This document shows, piece by piece, positions 1 through 10,176 of a stretch of DNA of 64,000 nucleotides. A program made the position numbers and the translations under genes. Source of the stretch: Myxococcales bacterium (GTDB lineage: Bacteria > Myxococcota_A > Polyangia > Polyangiales > Ga0077539); the NCBI GenBank assembly GCA_030652255.1, contig JAUSAZ010000112.1, forward strand, positions 69,907 through 133,906. The letters are read 5' to 3'. The notes beneath the pieces are model-generated. The model did no database searches and was not told the origin of the DNA. It saw only the letters and a program-made list of their open reading frames with translations. How positions within the stretch are numbered: position 1 is the first letter of the stretch; the number at the start of each line of letters is the position of its first letter.

Positions 1-43
1 CACACCCGCCAGCGCGACGCGCCCGCTGCCCCGGGGCCGTCCA

Positions 44-1759
44 TCAGAACAGCGAGTACCGCTGCGCCAGCGCCACCACCGCCGCGGGCTCGCAGCGCAG
101 CAGCACCCCGTCCGCCCGCACCTCGTAGGTCTCCGGGTCGACCTCGATGCACGGCAGCGCGTCGTTGAGCCGCATGTCCCGCTTGCCGAGACCACGGCAG
201 CCCTTCACCGCCGAGAGGGATTTGCGCAGCCCGAGGCGCGCCGTCGTCCCCTCGCGCAGCGCCCGTTGCGACACGAAGGCCAGGCTCGTCGCCCCCACCG
301 CCCCGCCCATCGCCCCGAACATCGGGCGCATGTACGACGGCTGCGGCGTCGGAATCGACGCCCCGGGGTCGCCCATCTGCCCCCACGCCACGAAGCCGCC
401 CTTCAGCACCAGCTCCGGGCGCACGCCGAAGTACGCCGGCTTCCACAGCACCAGGTCGGCCAGCTTGCCCACCTCCACCGAGCCCACCTCGTGGGCGAAG
501 CCGTGCGCGATCGCCGGGTTGATCGTGTACTTCGCCACGTAGCGCCGCACCCGCGCGTTGTCGTTGTCGCCCGTCTCTCCGGACAGTCGCCCGCGCTGCT
601 CGCGCATCTTGTGGGCCGTCTGCCAGGTGCGGGTGATCACCTCGCCCACCCGCCCCATGGCCTGCGAGTCGCTCGCGATCATGCTGATGGCGCCGAGGTC
701 GTGGAGGATGTCCTCCGCGGCGATGGTCTCCCCCCGGATGCGGCTCTCGGCGAAGGCCACGTCCTCGGGAATGCGCCGGTCGAGGTGGTGACACACCATC
801 AGCATGTCGAGGTGCTCGTCGAGGGTGTTCACCGTGAAGGGCCGCGTCGGGTTGGTCGAGCTCGGCAGCACGTTGGCCTCGCCGCACACCCGCAGGATGT
901 CCGGCGCGTGCCCGCCGCCCGCCCCCTCGGAGTGGTACGTGTGGATGGTGCGCCCGCCGATGGCCGCCAGCGAGTCGTCGACGTAGCCCGACTCGTTGAG
1001 GGTGTCGGTGTGGATGGTCACCTGCACGTCCTCGCCCTCCGCGAAGGCGAGGCAGCAGTCGATGGCCGACGGGGTCGTGCCCCAGTCCTCGTGCAGCTTG
1101 AGCCCGATGGCCCCCGCCCGCACCTGGTCGTCGAGGCCCTCCGGGCGCGAGGTATTACCCTTGCCCGTAAGCCCGATGTTGAGGGGGATGACGTCCGTGG
1201 CCTGGAGCATCAGCCCGAGCTGGTGCGCGCCCGGGGTGCAGGTCGTGGCGTTGGTGCCCGTGACGGGCCCGGTGCCGCCGCCGACGAAGGTGGTCACCCC
1301 GCTCGCGAGGGCCTCGTCGGCCTGCTGCGGACAGATGAAATGGATGTGCGCGTCGACCCCGCCCGCGGTCACGATGCGCCCCTCCGCGGCGAGCGCCTCG
1401 GTGGTCACGCCCACCACCATGCCCGGGGTCACGCCGGCCATCACCGCGGGGTTGCCCGCCTTGCCGATGCCCACGATGCGCCCGCGCTTCACGCCGATGT
1501 CGGCCTTGTAGATGCCCGTCCAGTCGACGATGAGCGCGTTGGTGATCACCAGGTCGAGCGCGTCGTCGTCGCGCACCCCCGCGGCCTGGCCCATGCGGTC
1601 GCGCAGCACCTTGCCGCCGCCGAACTTGCACTCGTCGCCGTAGACCGTCGCGTCGCGCTCCACCTCCACGACGAGCCCGGTGTCGCCGAGGCGCACCCGG
1701 TCGCCCGTCGTCGGGCCGAACATCGCCGCGTAGGCCGACCGCGGGACCCAGACGCTCAC
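44..1759 (-). CDS. ureC: urease alpha (catalytic) subunit
   Basis: 571-aa ORF. The N-terminus [29 protein letters not shown] and the internal [13 protein letters not shown] and MVCHHLD motifs are textbook UreC. The GTG start overlaps the upstream stop as GTGA (1756-1759). Confidence 0.95.
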   Translation of the reverse strand: MSVWVPRSAYAAMFGPTTGDRVRLGDTGLVVEVERDATVYGDECKFGGGKVLRDRMGQAAGVRDDDALDLVITNALIVDWTGIYKADIGVKRGRIVGIGKAGNPAVMAGVTPGMVVGVTTEALAAEGRIVTAGGVDAHIHFICPQQADEALASGVTTFVGGGTGPVTGTNATTCTPGAHQLGLMLQATDVIPLNIGLTGKGNTSRPEGLDDQVRAGAIGLKLHEDWGTTPSAIDCCLAFAEGEDVQVTIHTDTLNESGYVDDSLAAIGGRTIHTYHSEGAGGGHAPDILRVCGEANVLPSSTNPTRPFTVNTLDEHLDMLMVCHHLDRRIPEDVAFAESRIRGETIAAEDILHDLGAISMIASDSQAMGRVGEVITRTWQTAHKMREQRGRLSGETGDNDNARVRRYVAKYTINPAIAHGFAHEVGSVEVGKLADLVLWKPAYFGVRPELVLKGGFVAWGQMGDPGASIPTPQPSYMRPMFGAMGGAVGATSLAFVSQRALREGTTARLGLRKSLSAVKGCRGLGKRDMRLNDALPCIEVDPETYEVRADGVLLRCEPAAVVALAQRYSLF

Positions 1760-2409
1760 GAGCCCGCCCCCACGCGCACGAGGCCCACCGCGCGGGTCTC
1801 CCCGGGCTCGAAGCGCACGGCCGTGCCCGCGGGGATGTCCAGCCGGGTGCCAAGCCCCGCGGCGCGGTCGAAGGACAACGCCCGGTTGGTCTCGTCGAAG
1901 GGGAAGTGACTCCCCACCTGGATGGGGCGATCGCCCGTGTTGGTGACCTCCAGGGAGAGCGAGGCGCGGCCCGCGTTGAGCTCGATCTCCCCCTCGCGCA
2001 CCAGCAATTCCCCCGGCACCGGCCCGGGCATTTCATCCATCGAAGGCCCCCGCGAGGGAACCGGCAGGAAGCTCCCATACAGCGCCAGGGCCAGGTCGCC
2101 CCGCTCCGCCGCGATGGGCCGATGAACGGTCACCAGCTTGGTCCCATCGGGGAAGGTTCCCTCCACCTGCACCTCGTCCAGCATCGACCCGACGCCCGGC
2201 ATCACGTCCGCGTGGCCCAGCATCTGGCGCCCGAGGTCCATCAGCTCGGCCACCGGGCGACCGTCCCGGATGAACTCCAGCAGCTGCGTCGCCAGCAGCG
2301 CCGTCGCCTCCGGCGCGTTGAGCCTCACCCCCCGCGCGAGCCGCTTCTGCGCGAGGAAACCAGCCGAGTGGAGGAGCAGCTTGTCGAGATCCCGGGGCGT
2401 GAGGTGCAT
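1756..2409 (-). CDS. ureAB: urease gamma-beta fusion subunit (UreA-UreB in one polypeptide)
   Basis: The ATG at 2409 gives [23 protein letters not shown] (UreA/gamma-type N-terminus). The C-terminal half ([17 protein letters not shown]...[20 protein letters not shown]) is UreB/beta-type. The track ORF extends 5 codons further to a GTG at 2424. Confidence 0.9.
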   Translation of the reverse strand: MHLTPRDLDKLLLHSAGFLAQKRLARGVRLNAPEATALLATQLLEFIRDGRPVAELMDLGRQMLGHADVMPGVGSMLDEVQVEGTFPDGTKLVTVHRPIAAERGDLALALYGSFLPVPSRGPSMDEMPGPVPGELLVREGEIELNAGRASLSLEVTNTGDRPIQVGSHFPFDETNRALSFDRAAGLGTRLDIPAGTAVRFEPGETRAVGLVRVGAGS

Positions 2410-3252
2410 CGCTGACGACGGCACCCTAACGCGCCATTGCCGCGCCGCGTTACCAACGTCTTGTAAACGGATCGTCTCCGATGAGCGCCGTCAGGAACCC
2501 CAGGTGACCGCGCAGGGCGCCGAGGGCCCCGGCGGCGGTGGCGGCGGCGACGCGCAGGAGGGTTCCGCCCTCGACGGCGGTGGCCGACTCGATGCGATCG
2601 GCGTGGGCGCCAGGGCCCGCTGCCCCGACGCGCTCGAGCAGGGCCGCGGCGAAGGGGGCGACGCGCTCGCCCACGAGCACGAGGGTGGCGAAGGCGTCGT
2701 AGGCCCCGAGGCGCTCGGCGATGGCGCCGTGGGACTCGTCGAGCAGCAGGCGGTCGGAGAGGGCGAGGCGTCCCTCGCGGCGCACGTCGAGGCGGCTGGC
2801 GTAGCGGGCGAAGGCCCAGCGCTCGCCGCGGGCGACGCGCCCCGCGTGGAGGCCGTCGACCAGGACGAGCGACGCGCCCGGGGCGAGGTCGACCTCGGTG
2901 CGCTGGCCGTAGGTGGCGCCGGCGAAGCACACCACCGGGTCGGGCAGCACCACCGCGAGGGCGCCCTCGTCGAGGCGCAGCGAGAGCGCCTGGCTCGACC
3001 CGCGCACCCCGCGAAAGACCTTGGTGCTGGCCTGCGTGGCGAGCATGAGCGCGGCGCCCGCGGCGACGTGGGCGTCGAGGGAGAGGGCGTCGCCGTCGAC
3101 GAGGCCGCCGCCATACGAGGTGGTGTATGCCCAGAGGGCCTCGCCGCGGTTGTCGGGGAGCAGCAGCCGCAGGGGGCTGTGGGCGCGCGCGCGGGTGGCG
3201 ACGCTCCGGCCGCGCACCCGGGAGACCGCGAGCTCGCCGTGGCCGGTGGGGG

Positions 3253-4515
<1,263 letters not shown>

Positions 4516-4543
4516 GGACGCTTCTATACAACGGAGGGAGACG

Positions 4544-6520
4544 TCAGCGCGGCGCGAAGGCGACCCCGCGGTACGTGGTGAGCGCCGGCGCCTGCGCGAG
4601 GGTGGTCACCGTGCCCGCGAGCGTCGAGGTGGTGACGTCGATGCGCTGGAGCCGCGCCCGGCTCTCGTTGGTGATCCCATACAGGACATAGTCCGCCCCG
4701 TTGGTGCGCCCCGTGAGCCCGCGGATGGGGTTGGTGAGGTTGGTGACGTTGCCGATGCGCGACCAGGTGCCGGTCGAGAGGCGCCAGTACTGCACGCCGC
4801 CGGTCGTGAGCAGCGACTGGTCGTCGCCGATGAACATCACGTCCGCCGCGCCGTTGCCGTCGCGGTCGAAGGCCGCGATGCCGTAGGGAGACCCCCCGGA
4901 GGTGGTGGGGAAGCCCGGCAGCAGGGCGATGAGGTTGCCCGTCGCGCGCGGCAGGGCCGTGGTGGCGAAGACCCCCGTGCCCGCGGGGTTGGCCCCGGTC
5001 GCCAGGAGCTGTTGCCCGAAGAGCGTCAGCGAGCGGAACACCTCGCGGTTGGTCACCCCCAGGCCGAACGATCCCGCGTAGCTGCTGTACAGCACGTCCC
5101 CGGAGCTCGTCGCCGCGTGGATGGACCAGAACTCGCTGCCGTCGGTGGACACCACCGCCCGGATGGCCGACCGGTTGCCCGACTCTCCGAGCTGGGTGCG
5201 CGTGTCGACCACGCCCGCGGCGTTGACCCGCGCGATCACCCGCTCGGCCTGGACGGTGTTCACCGCGAGGGTTCCCGGCGGGAGGTTGTACCCGCCGAGG
5301 GTCACCCACGCCCCGTTGGCGGAGCGCGAGAGCACCCCCTCGGTGCTCGACGTGCCCGACAGGGTGAGCGCCAGGCTGGCCCCCGAGACCGCCGTCGGCA
5401 GCGGGATGGGCGCCCCCACCGGCGCCCCGGTGCTGCCGTTGAAGGCCTCGATGTACACCGGCACCGCGGCGTTGGTGAGCGCCGCCGAGCCGTCGCCGAC
5501 GCGCAGCACCCAGATCCGGTCGTCGCCCGTCACCGGGCCCGTGTCGGGCGCGCCGGTGTCCCTCGGCACATCGACGCCCGCGTCGACCATGGGCAGCGGG
5601 CAGGTCACCCCGGAGATGTCCGTCGTGCCCCACACGCTCGCCTGCGCCGTCACGTCGAAGCGCCACATCGGGGTCGCGTTGATCGTGAAGCGGCACCCGC
5701 TGCGCAGCCCCACCGCGGTGCGCACCTCGATCGGGATGCGCAGCCGCAGCAGGGCGTCGGCCGGGAGCGCCGCCGTCGCGATGGGCGCCTGGAGGAACCC
5801 GACACCCCCCGCGCCGAAGTCCCCGGTGATGGTGCCCGTCAGCGTGATGAGCTCGTGCTCGTAGCCGAGCAGCCCCGTCACGAGGTCGCCCGCGCCGCTC
5901 ACGTCCTGCAACAGCGGCCCCACCGCCACGCCCGTCTCCGCGCGCACCAGCCCGCTGATCTCCGCGGCCCAGTGGGTCGCCGGGGTGGGCGACGATACCC
6001 GCCCGACGGTGAAGCTCACCCGGTCGCCCCGCGAGAGCTGCGGCGAGAGGGTCGCCGGGTCGACCGCGACGAAGAGCGCGGGCCCCGTGCGCTCGGCCTG
6101 CACGAAGAAGCCCGCCGGGTCGGTGGCGGAGACCGTGCCGTCGGTGCGCAGCGTGGCGGGCACCGTGTACGTCACCACCGCGCCCTCGACGCGCAGCGCC
6201 GCCGGGCCGATGGGCGTCGCGCGCACCGCGGCGATCTGCTGCGACGTCGAGCTCATCGGCGCGTCCATCGCAACCGGCGCGTCGATGAGCGCAGGCCGGT
6301 CGACCCCGACCGGCGCGTCCATCCCGACGGGGACATCCGTCCCGACGGGCACGTCCGTCCCGACGGGCACGTCCGTCCCGATGGGCACGTCGGTCCCGAC
6401 GGGGGTGTCGCTGCCGGCGCCAGCGTCGACCGGGCCGCTGGGGATGTTTCCTCGCGCCGAACACGCCACCACAAAGGACATCGCCACCGCGACCGACCGA
6501 GCACTGCCTTGCATGGTCAC
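4544..6520 (-). CDS. secreted lipoprotein with DVPxGT hexapeptide repeats and a C-terminal FG-GAP/VCBS-like region
   Basis: 658 aa with a signal peptide plus lipobox (SFVVAC). About 6 DVP(V/I)GT repeats follow it. [11 protein letters not shown]-type motif lies near the C-terminus. The competing overlapping frames are R/G/P-rich low complexity. Confidence 0.75.
   Translation of the reverse strand: MTMQGSARSVAVAMSFVVACSARGNIPSGPVDAGAGSDTPVGTDVPIGTDVPVGTDVPVGTDVPVGMDAPVGVDRPALIDAPVAMDAPMSSTSQQIAAVRATPIGPAALRVEGAVVTYTVPATLRTDGTVSATDPAGFFVQAERTGPALFVAVDPATLSPQLSRGDRVSFTVGRVSSPTPATHWAAEISGLVRAETGVAVGPLLQDVSGAGDLVTGLLGYEHELITLTGTITGDFGAGGVGFLQAPIATAALPADALLRLRIPIEVRTAVGLRSGCRFTINATPMWRFDVTAQASVWGTTDISGVTCPLPMVDAGVDVPRDTGAPDTGPVTGDDRIWVLRVGDGSAALTNAAVPVYIEAFNGSTGAPVGAPIPLPTAVSGASLALTLSGTSSTEGVLSRSANGAWVTLGGYNLPPGTLAVNTVQAERVIARVNAAGVVDTRTQLGESGNRSAIRAVVSTDGSEFWSIHAATSSGDVLYSSYAGSFGLGVTNREVFRSLTLFGQQLLATGANPAGTGVFATTALPRATGNLIALLPGFPTTSGGSPYGIAAFDRDGNGAADVMFIGDDQSLLTTGGVQYWRLSTGTWSRIGNVTNLTNPIRGLTGRTNGADYVLYGITNESRARLQRIDVTTSTLAGTVTTLAQAPALTTYRGVAFAPR
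6302..6409. repeat. tandem 18-bp repeat (~6 copies; core gtcccgacgggcacgtcc), in-frame coding repeat
   Basis: Read directly: 6338-6355 and 6356-6373 are identical, and the flanking copies are degenerate. The repeat encodes the DVPVGT units on the minus strand. Confidence 0.85.
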
Positions 6521-6680
6521 GCTCTCTACAACACCTCAGCCCGGCCATGAAACCTCGCGCCGTCCGTACGCCCTGACCACCCCTGCGCCGGGACACCTAC
6601 ACGTCACGGCGTCGACCGGTGGGTACAACCGTGACCACCGGATCGATCACAAAACTCCCACCTTCGTGCGCGCGGGGCGA

Positions 6681-6696
6681 TGGCTGCGGGCTTGCA
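6681..6696 (+). promoter_or_regulatory. sigma-54-like promoter candidate (TGGCTG-N5-TTGCA)
   Basis: The sequence tggctgcgggcttgca has GG and GC at the correct -24/-12 spacing and a perfect TTGCA. The -24 element matches 4 of 6 positions. It lies only ~14 nt upstream of the GTG/ATG at 6710/6713. Confidence 0.3.
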
Positions 6697-6709
6697 GTGA
6701 CCTCCACCC

Positions 6710-7642
6710 GTGATGCGAGCTGCACGTCGGTTGCTGGGGATGGTGGGCGTGGGCTTCGTCGCGGTGGCGGCGGTCGGGTGCGCCGCGGACGAGGGCGACT
6801 CGGACGACTGGGACGAGGCCAACGAAGTGAGCGAGATCGCCGTGGCGGGGCGCTGGATCCCCTCGGCGAGCGCGGCGGCGGCGGGCGACCGGCAGTGGTC
6901 CCGCTACGACGACGGGCCCTCCTGGAGCGGCGGTCGCAACTGCGGCGGCAGCCTGCTCGCCGGCACCCGCGAGCTCGGCGACTACCTGCGCGCCAGCTTC
7001 CGCGGCGTGCGCTCCTACGACGGGTACGCGTGCCGGGCCAACACCGCCAACACCAGCCAGACCTCGCTGCACGGCACCGGCCGCGCGCTCGACGTGTACA
7101 TCCCCCTGAGCGGTGGACAGGCCGACAACACCGTCGGTGACGCGGTGGCCAACTGGCTCGTCGCCAACGCCGCCAGCCTCGGCGTGCAGCTCGTCATCTG
7201 GGATCGCAGCTCCTGGAACGCCAGCCGCGGCGCTGGGGCGAAGCTGCGCGGATACGGCGGCCCGCACCCGCACCACGACCACCTGCACATCGAGCTCAAC
7301 ACCGACGGCGCCGCGCGGCGCACAGCGTGGTTCCGCAATCGCAGCGCTGCGAGCGCCCCGACGAGCACCCCCCCGGCGGCCAGCACCCCGACGCCCACCC
7401 CGACGCCCACGCCCACGGCGCGGCCGCGCATGCGGGTGGTCACCGGCGGGCTCAACCTCCGCCGCGGCGTGGGCACCTCCTACGGGGTCATCGTCGCGAT
7501 GCCCTGCGGCGCCGCGGTGACCGTGGTCGGCGGCCCCGTCTCGGGCTGGTACAACGTCGAGTACAACGGCACCCGCGGCTGGGCCTCGGGCACCTACCTC
7601 ACGCCCGAGGCGAGCTACCGCGCCTCGGTCTGCGGCGGCTGA
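6710..7642 (+). CDS. lipoprotein: LAS/M15-type zinc peptidase-like domain, PT linker and SH3b domain (probable cell-wall hydrolase)
   Basis: Lipobox AAVGCA. The SLHGTGRALDV and HHDHLH motifs fit the H-x-D...HxH pattern of LAS peptidases. The linker is TPTPTPTPTPT. The C-terminus LNLRRGVGTSYGVI...GWYNVEYNGTRGWASGTYL is SH3b-like. Confidence 0.75.
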   Translation: MMRAARRLLGMVGVGFVAVAAVGCAADEGDSDDWDEANEVSEIAVAGRWIPSASAAAAGDRQWSRYDDGPSWSGGRNCGGSLLAGTRELGDYLRASFRGVRSYDGYACRANTANTSQTSLHGTGRALDVYIPLSGGQADNTVGDAVANWLVANAASLGVQLVIWDRSSWNASRGAGAKLRGYGGPHPHHDHLHIELNTDGAARRTAWFRNRSAASAPTSTPPAASTPTPTPTPTPTARPRMRVVTGGLNLRRGVGTSYGVIVAMPCGAAVTVVGGPVSGWYNVEYNGTRGWASGTYLTPEASYRASVCGG

Positions 7643-7669
7643 CGGCCCTCCGCCCCCAGACCGCCATAA

Positions 7670-8656
7670 CTACCAGCGCGAGGTGTGGTCCTCGACCACG
7701 CCGTGGCCGCTGACGCGCACGGTCTTTCCGTCTGCGCGGAAGCTGCCCTCGAAGCGACCGAAGGGCTGGATGAAGTCGTGCTTCAACAGCCCGAGGTTCT
7801 TGCGGTCCTGCCGGGCGCCTTCGGGGGTGAAGGTGAGCGTGAGGTCGAGCTCGGCGACGCGGATGGTCCACTGCCCCTGGTCGGCCGGGCGGCCGATGGT
7901 GAACACGGCGCTCCCCAGCGGGATGAGCGCATCGCCCAGCCATAGGGCGTTCTCGAGCTCGTCATTGAAGTAGGCCACCAGGTTGAGTCCGAAGGGACGG
8001 CCGTCGTCGGTGGTGCCCTGGAGGCAGGCCCAGTTCCAGCGGGTGTCGCGCGGGGGATAGCCGAGGGTGAAGTCCACCGCGGCGCCGTGCGGGAGCGAGC
8101 GCTCGAAGCGACGGGCGTCGATGCGCACGGTCGCCTCCGCGGCGAGGCATAACCGCTTGAAGGTGTGGTTGAAGGGACGGTGCAGGGCCGGCGCCAGGGT
8201 GGTCATGCCGCCGTCCAGCGAGGGGACGCGCAGGTCGACGGAGATGCGCCGGCCGTCGTAGCGGAAGCGCAGGCCGTCGCCCTCCGGGTCGATGCGCCAC
8301 TGCCGGTCGCCGAAGCCGAAGGACCACGCGCCCCGCAGCGACGGTCGGAAGCCCTCCGCGAAGCCGAAGGGGATCTCCAGCGACTCCTCCACGCGCACCT
8401 TCCTCGCGCGGTCGTACACGTACACGAAGGCCGTGCCGAGGTACCCCGCGTCGGCCACGGCATAACCCACCATGAAGTCCTCATGGTAGGCGCCCGCGTA
8501 GAGCCATGCCTTGCGCTGGAGGCGCCGGGGCCACGCGGCCCCGTGGTCCCAGCGCGCGGTGGACACGTCGCCGACGGCGCCGCGGTAGCGCCCGAAGGGG
8601 TGCAGCCGACCGGAGGCGTCGACCAGCGAAGCGGGCGCGGGGGGCAGCGTGCTCAT
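7670..8656 (-). CDS. DUF2804-like protein
   Basis: 328 aa from the ATG at 8656 (MSTLPPAPASLVD...). The family call is from memory of DUF2804-type sequences. The upstream part of the 691-aa track ORF is R/P-rich shadow sequence. Confidence 0.6.
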   Translation of the reverse strand: MSTLPPAPASLVDASGRLHPFGRYRGAVGDVSTARWDHGAAWPRRLQRKAWLYAGAYHEDFMVGYAVADAGYLGTAFVYVYDRARKVRVEESLEIPFGFAEGFRPSLRGAWSFGFGDRQWRIDPEGDGLRFRYDGRRISVDLRVPSLDGGMTTLAPALHRPFNHTFKRLCLAAEATVRIDARRFERSLPHGAAVDFTLGYPPRDTRWNWACLQGTTDDGRPFGLNLVAYFNDELENALWLGDALIPLGSAVFTIGRPADQGQWTIRVAELDLTLTFTPEGARQDRKNLGLLKHDFIQPFGRFEGSFRADGKTVRVSGHGVVEDHTSRW

Positions 8657-8715
8657 CGGACATCTCCATTCGACATCGATATGACCTTCTCTCTTCTTCG
8701 ATGGGACCGCCAATG

Positions 8716-9795
8716 CTACCCGGGCGGGCACGGCGGCGCGGGCGGCGGCAGGGGCTGGTCCGCCGAGGGGACGTACCCGAGCACGGTGCTCGGCCACTCG
8801 TCGGTGACCAGCAGGAAGCCCTTGTCGTCGAGGCGCACCAGGCCCTCCCAGTTGCGCCCGCGCTCCTCCCGCGCCAGGCGGATCACCCGCCCCGTCGCGC
8901 GGACGGACACCCCATCGTCGCGCAGCTCCAGGAGGCGCTCGACGCTGCGGGCGGCGCCGCCGCGGGGGTCGCAGTCGACGGCCTCGGAGAAGCAGCCCAC
9001 GGCGCGGATGGTGCGCTCGCACTCCGCGGTGTCGCCCACCTCGCGGTAGCTGTACTGCGTCACCCAGAACTGACGGCTGGCGTCGACGGCGCTGGCGTCG
9101 GTGACGCGGTAGGGGATGGCCTCGACGGCGACCGCTCGGGCTTCGCGGCCCTCGACGCGCAGGGCGGTGGAGGCGCAGGAGGTGTTCATCCCGTTGGCCT
9201 CGAAGAGGGCGAGCCAGGCCCCGTCGACGCGGGTGAGCGCCTCGAAGGCGTGGTTGTCGGAGCGCAGCGGCACGTCGAGGGTGAGCGCGTCGCGGTCGAG
9301 CACGAGGCCGCGGGCGGGGTCGAGGCGGGCGGTGACGAGGAGGCCCGACATGCGGTCCTGGTCGCCGCGCTCGACGACGAGGGCCGCGCGGTCGCCGTCG
9401 AAGTCGATGGCCTCGAAGCCCTGGTAGTCGGGGTCGGCGGCGAGGTCGAGGAGGTCGATGGGGACGCGCTCGGGCGTGATGGGCGCGCGGTCGCGGCCGT
9501 CGATCCAGGCGCGAAGGCGAGCGCCGGGGATCCGGTAGAGCCACGGCTGCGTGAAGCCGGGCTGGGCGCGGGCGAGGGCGAGGCCGCGGGGGCTCCACTG
9601 CGGCAGGAGGAAGAGCTCGTCGTTGTGCCACGCGAGGCCGGAGTACTCGTGGCCGCGCGCGGCGGCCTCCCCGGCGAGGCAGATGGGCAGCACCGGGACG
9701 GGGTCGTCGGGGTTGCGGCCGCGCGGGCGCTGCGCCCCGCTGCACGAGAGGGCGAGGAGGCCGACGAGGGGGAGGATGCGGGCGAGGGGGCGCAT
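8716..9795 (-). CDS. lipoprotein, possible phytase-like/YjiK-like beta-propeller
   Basis: The ATG at 9795 gives MRPLARILPLVGLLALSCSG (lipobox). Composition is globular and GC3 is high. The fold assignment is tentative. Confidence 0.6.
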   Translation of the reverse strand: MRPLARILPLVGLLALSCSGAQRPRGRNPDDPVPVLPICLAGEAAARGHEYSGLAWHNDELFLLPQWSPRGLALARAQPGFTQPWLYRIPGARLRAWIDGRDRAPITPERVPIDLLDLAADPDYQGFEAIDFDGDRAALVVERGDQDRMSGLLVTARLDPARGLVLDRDALTLDVPLRSDNHAFEALTRVDGAWLALFEANGMNTSCASTALRVEGREARAVAVEAIPYRVTDASAVDASRQFWVTQYSYREVGDTAECERTIRAVGCFSEAVDCDPRGGAARSVERLLELRDDGVSVRATGRVIRLAREERGRNWEGLVRLDDKGFLLVTDEWPSTVLGYVPSADQPLPPPAPPCPPG

Positions 9796-9827
9796 GGCAG
9801 ATCGTTGGGGCAACGGAGTCTAATCCC

Positions 9828-10112
9828 TCACCCCTCGACCACGCGCGCCACCTCCGCGCGGCACCCGTCGAGCACCGCGCCCAGCACCGCGGCCGCCAGC
9901 TCCTCCGGCACCCCCGCCGCCGCCGCGTGCTCCGCCCACCGCCGCCCGAGCGCGGCCTCGCGCGCGGGGTCGACCGCGCCCACCCCGTGCGCCCGCTTCC
10001 ACTGCGCGACGGCGCGCACCGCCGCCAGCCGCCGGGCCAGCGCGTCCACCAGCGCCGCGTCGGCCGCGTCCACCGCGCGGCGCAGCCCGTCGAGTTCTCC
10101 GTTGGTCGTCAT
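9828..10112 (-). CDS. chorismate mutase, stand-alone AroQ type
   Basis: 94 aa. LDGLRRAVDAADAALVDALARRLAAVRAVAQWK...DPAREAA matches the AroQ (CM_2) helix pattern. Confidence 0.85.
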   Translation of the reverse strand: MTTNGELDGLRRAVDAADAALVDALARRLAAVRAVAQWKRAHGVGAVDPAREAALGRRWAEHAAAAGVPEELAAAVLGAVLDGCRAEVARVVEG

Positions 10113-10176
10113 TGCTCCCTACGGTACCGCCTTCCGCCGGTTGGCCACGCGTCACCGCACGGTGTAGGGAGCGCCC

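Noticed and set aside
6616-6641. An inverted repeat CCGGTGG-N12-CCACCGG in the divergent region 6521-6709, considered as an operator.
   Set aside because: The arms are short (7 bp) and GC-rich, so chance occurrence is likely in this composition. No regulator gene is adjacent.
8657-9745. The N-terminal 363 aa of the 691-aa track ORF 7670-9745.
   Set aside because: This segment is an R/P-rich, frame-shifted shadow over the real lipoprotein gene 8716-9795. The DUF2804-like protein begins at the ATG at 8656.
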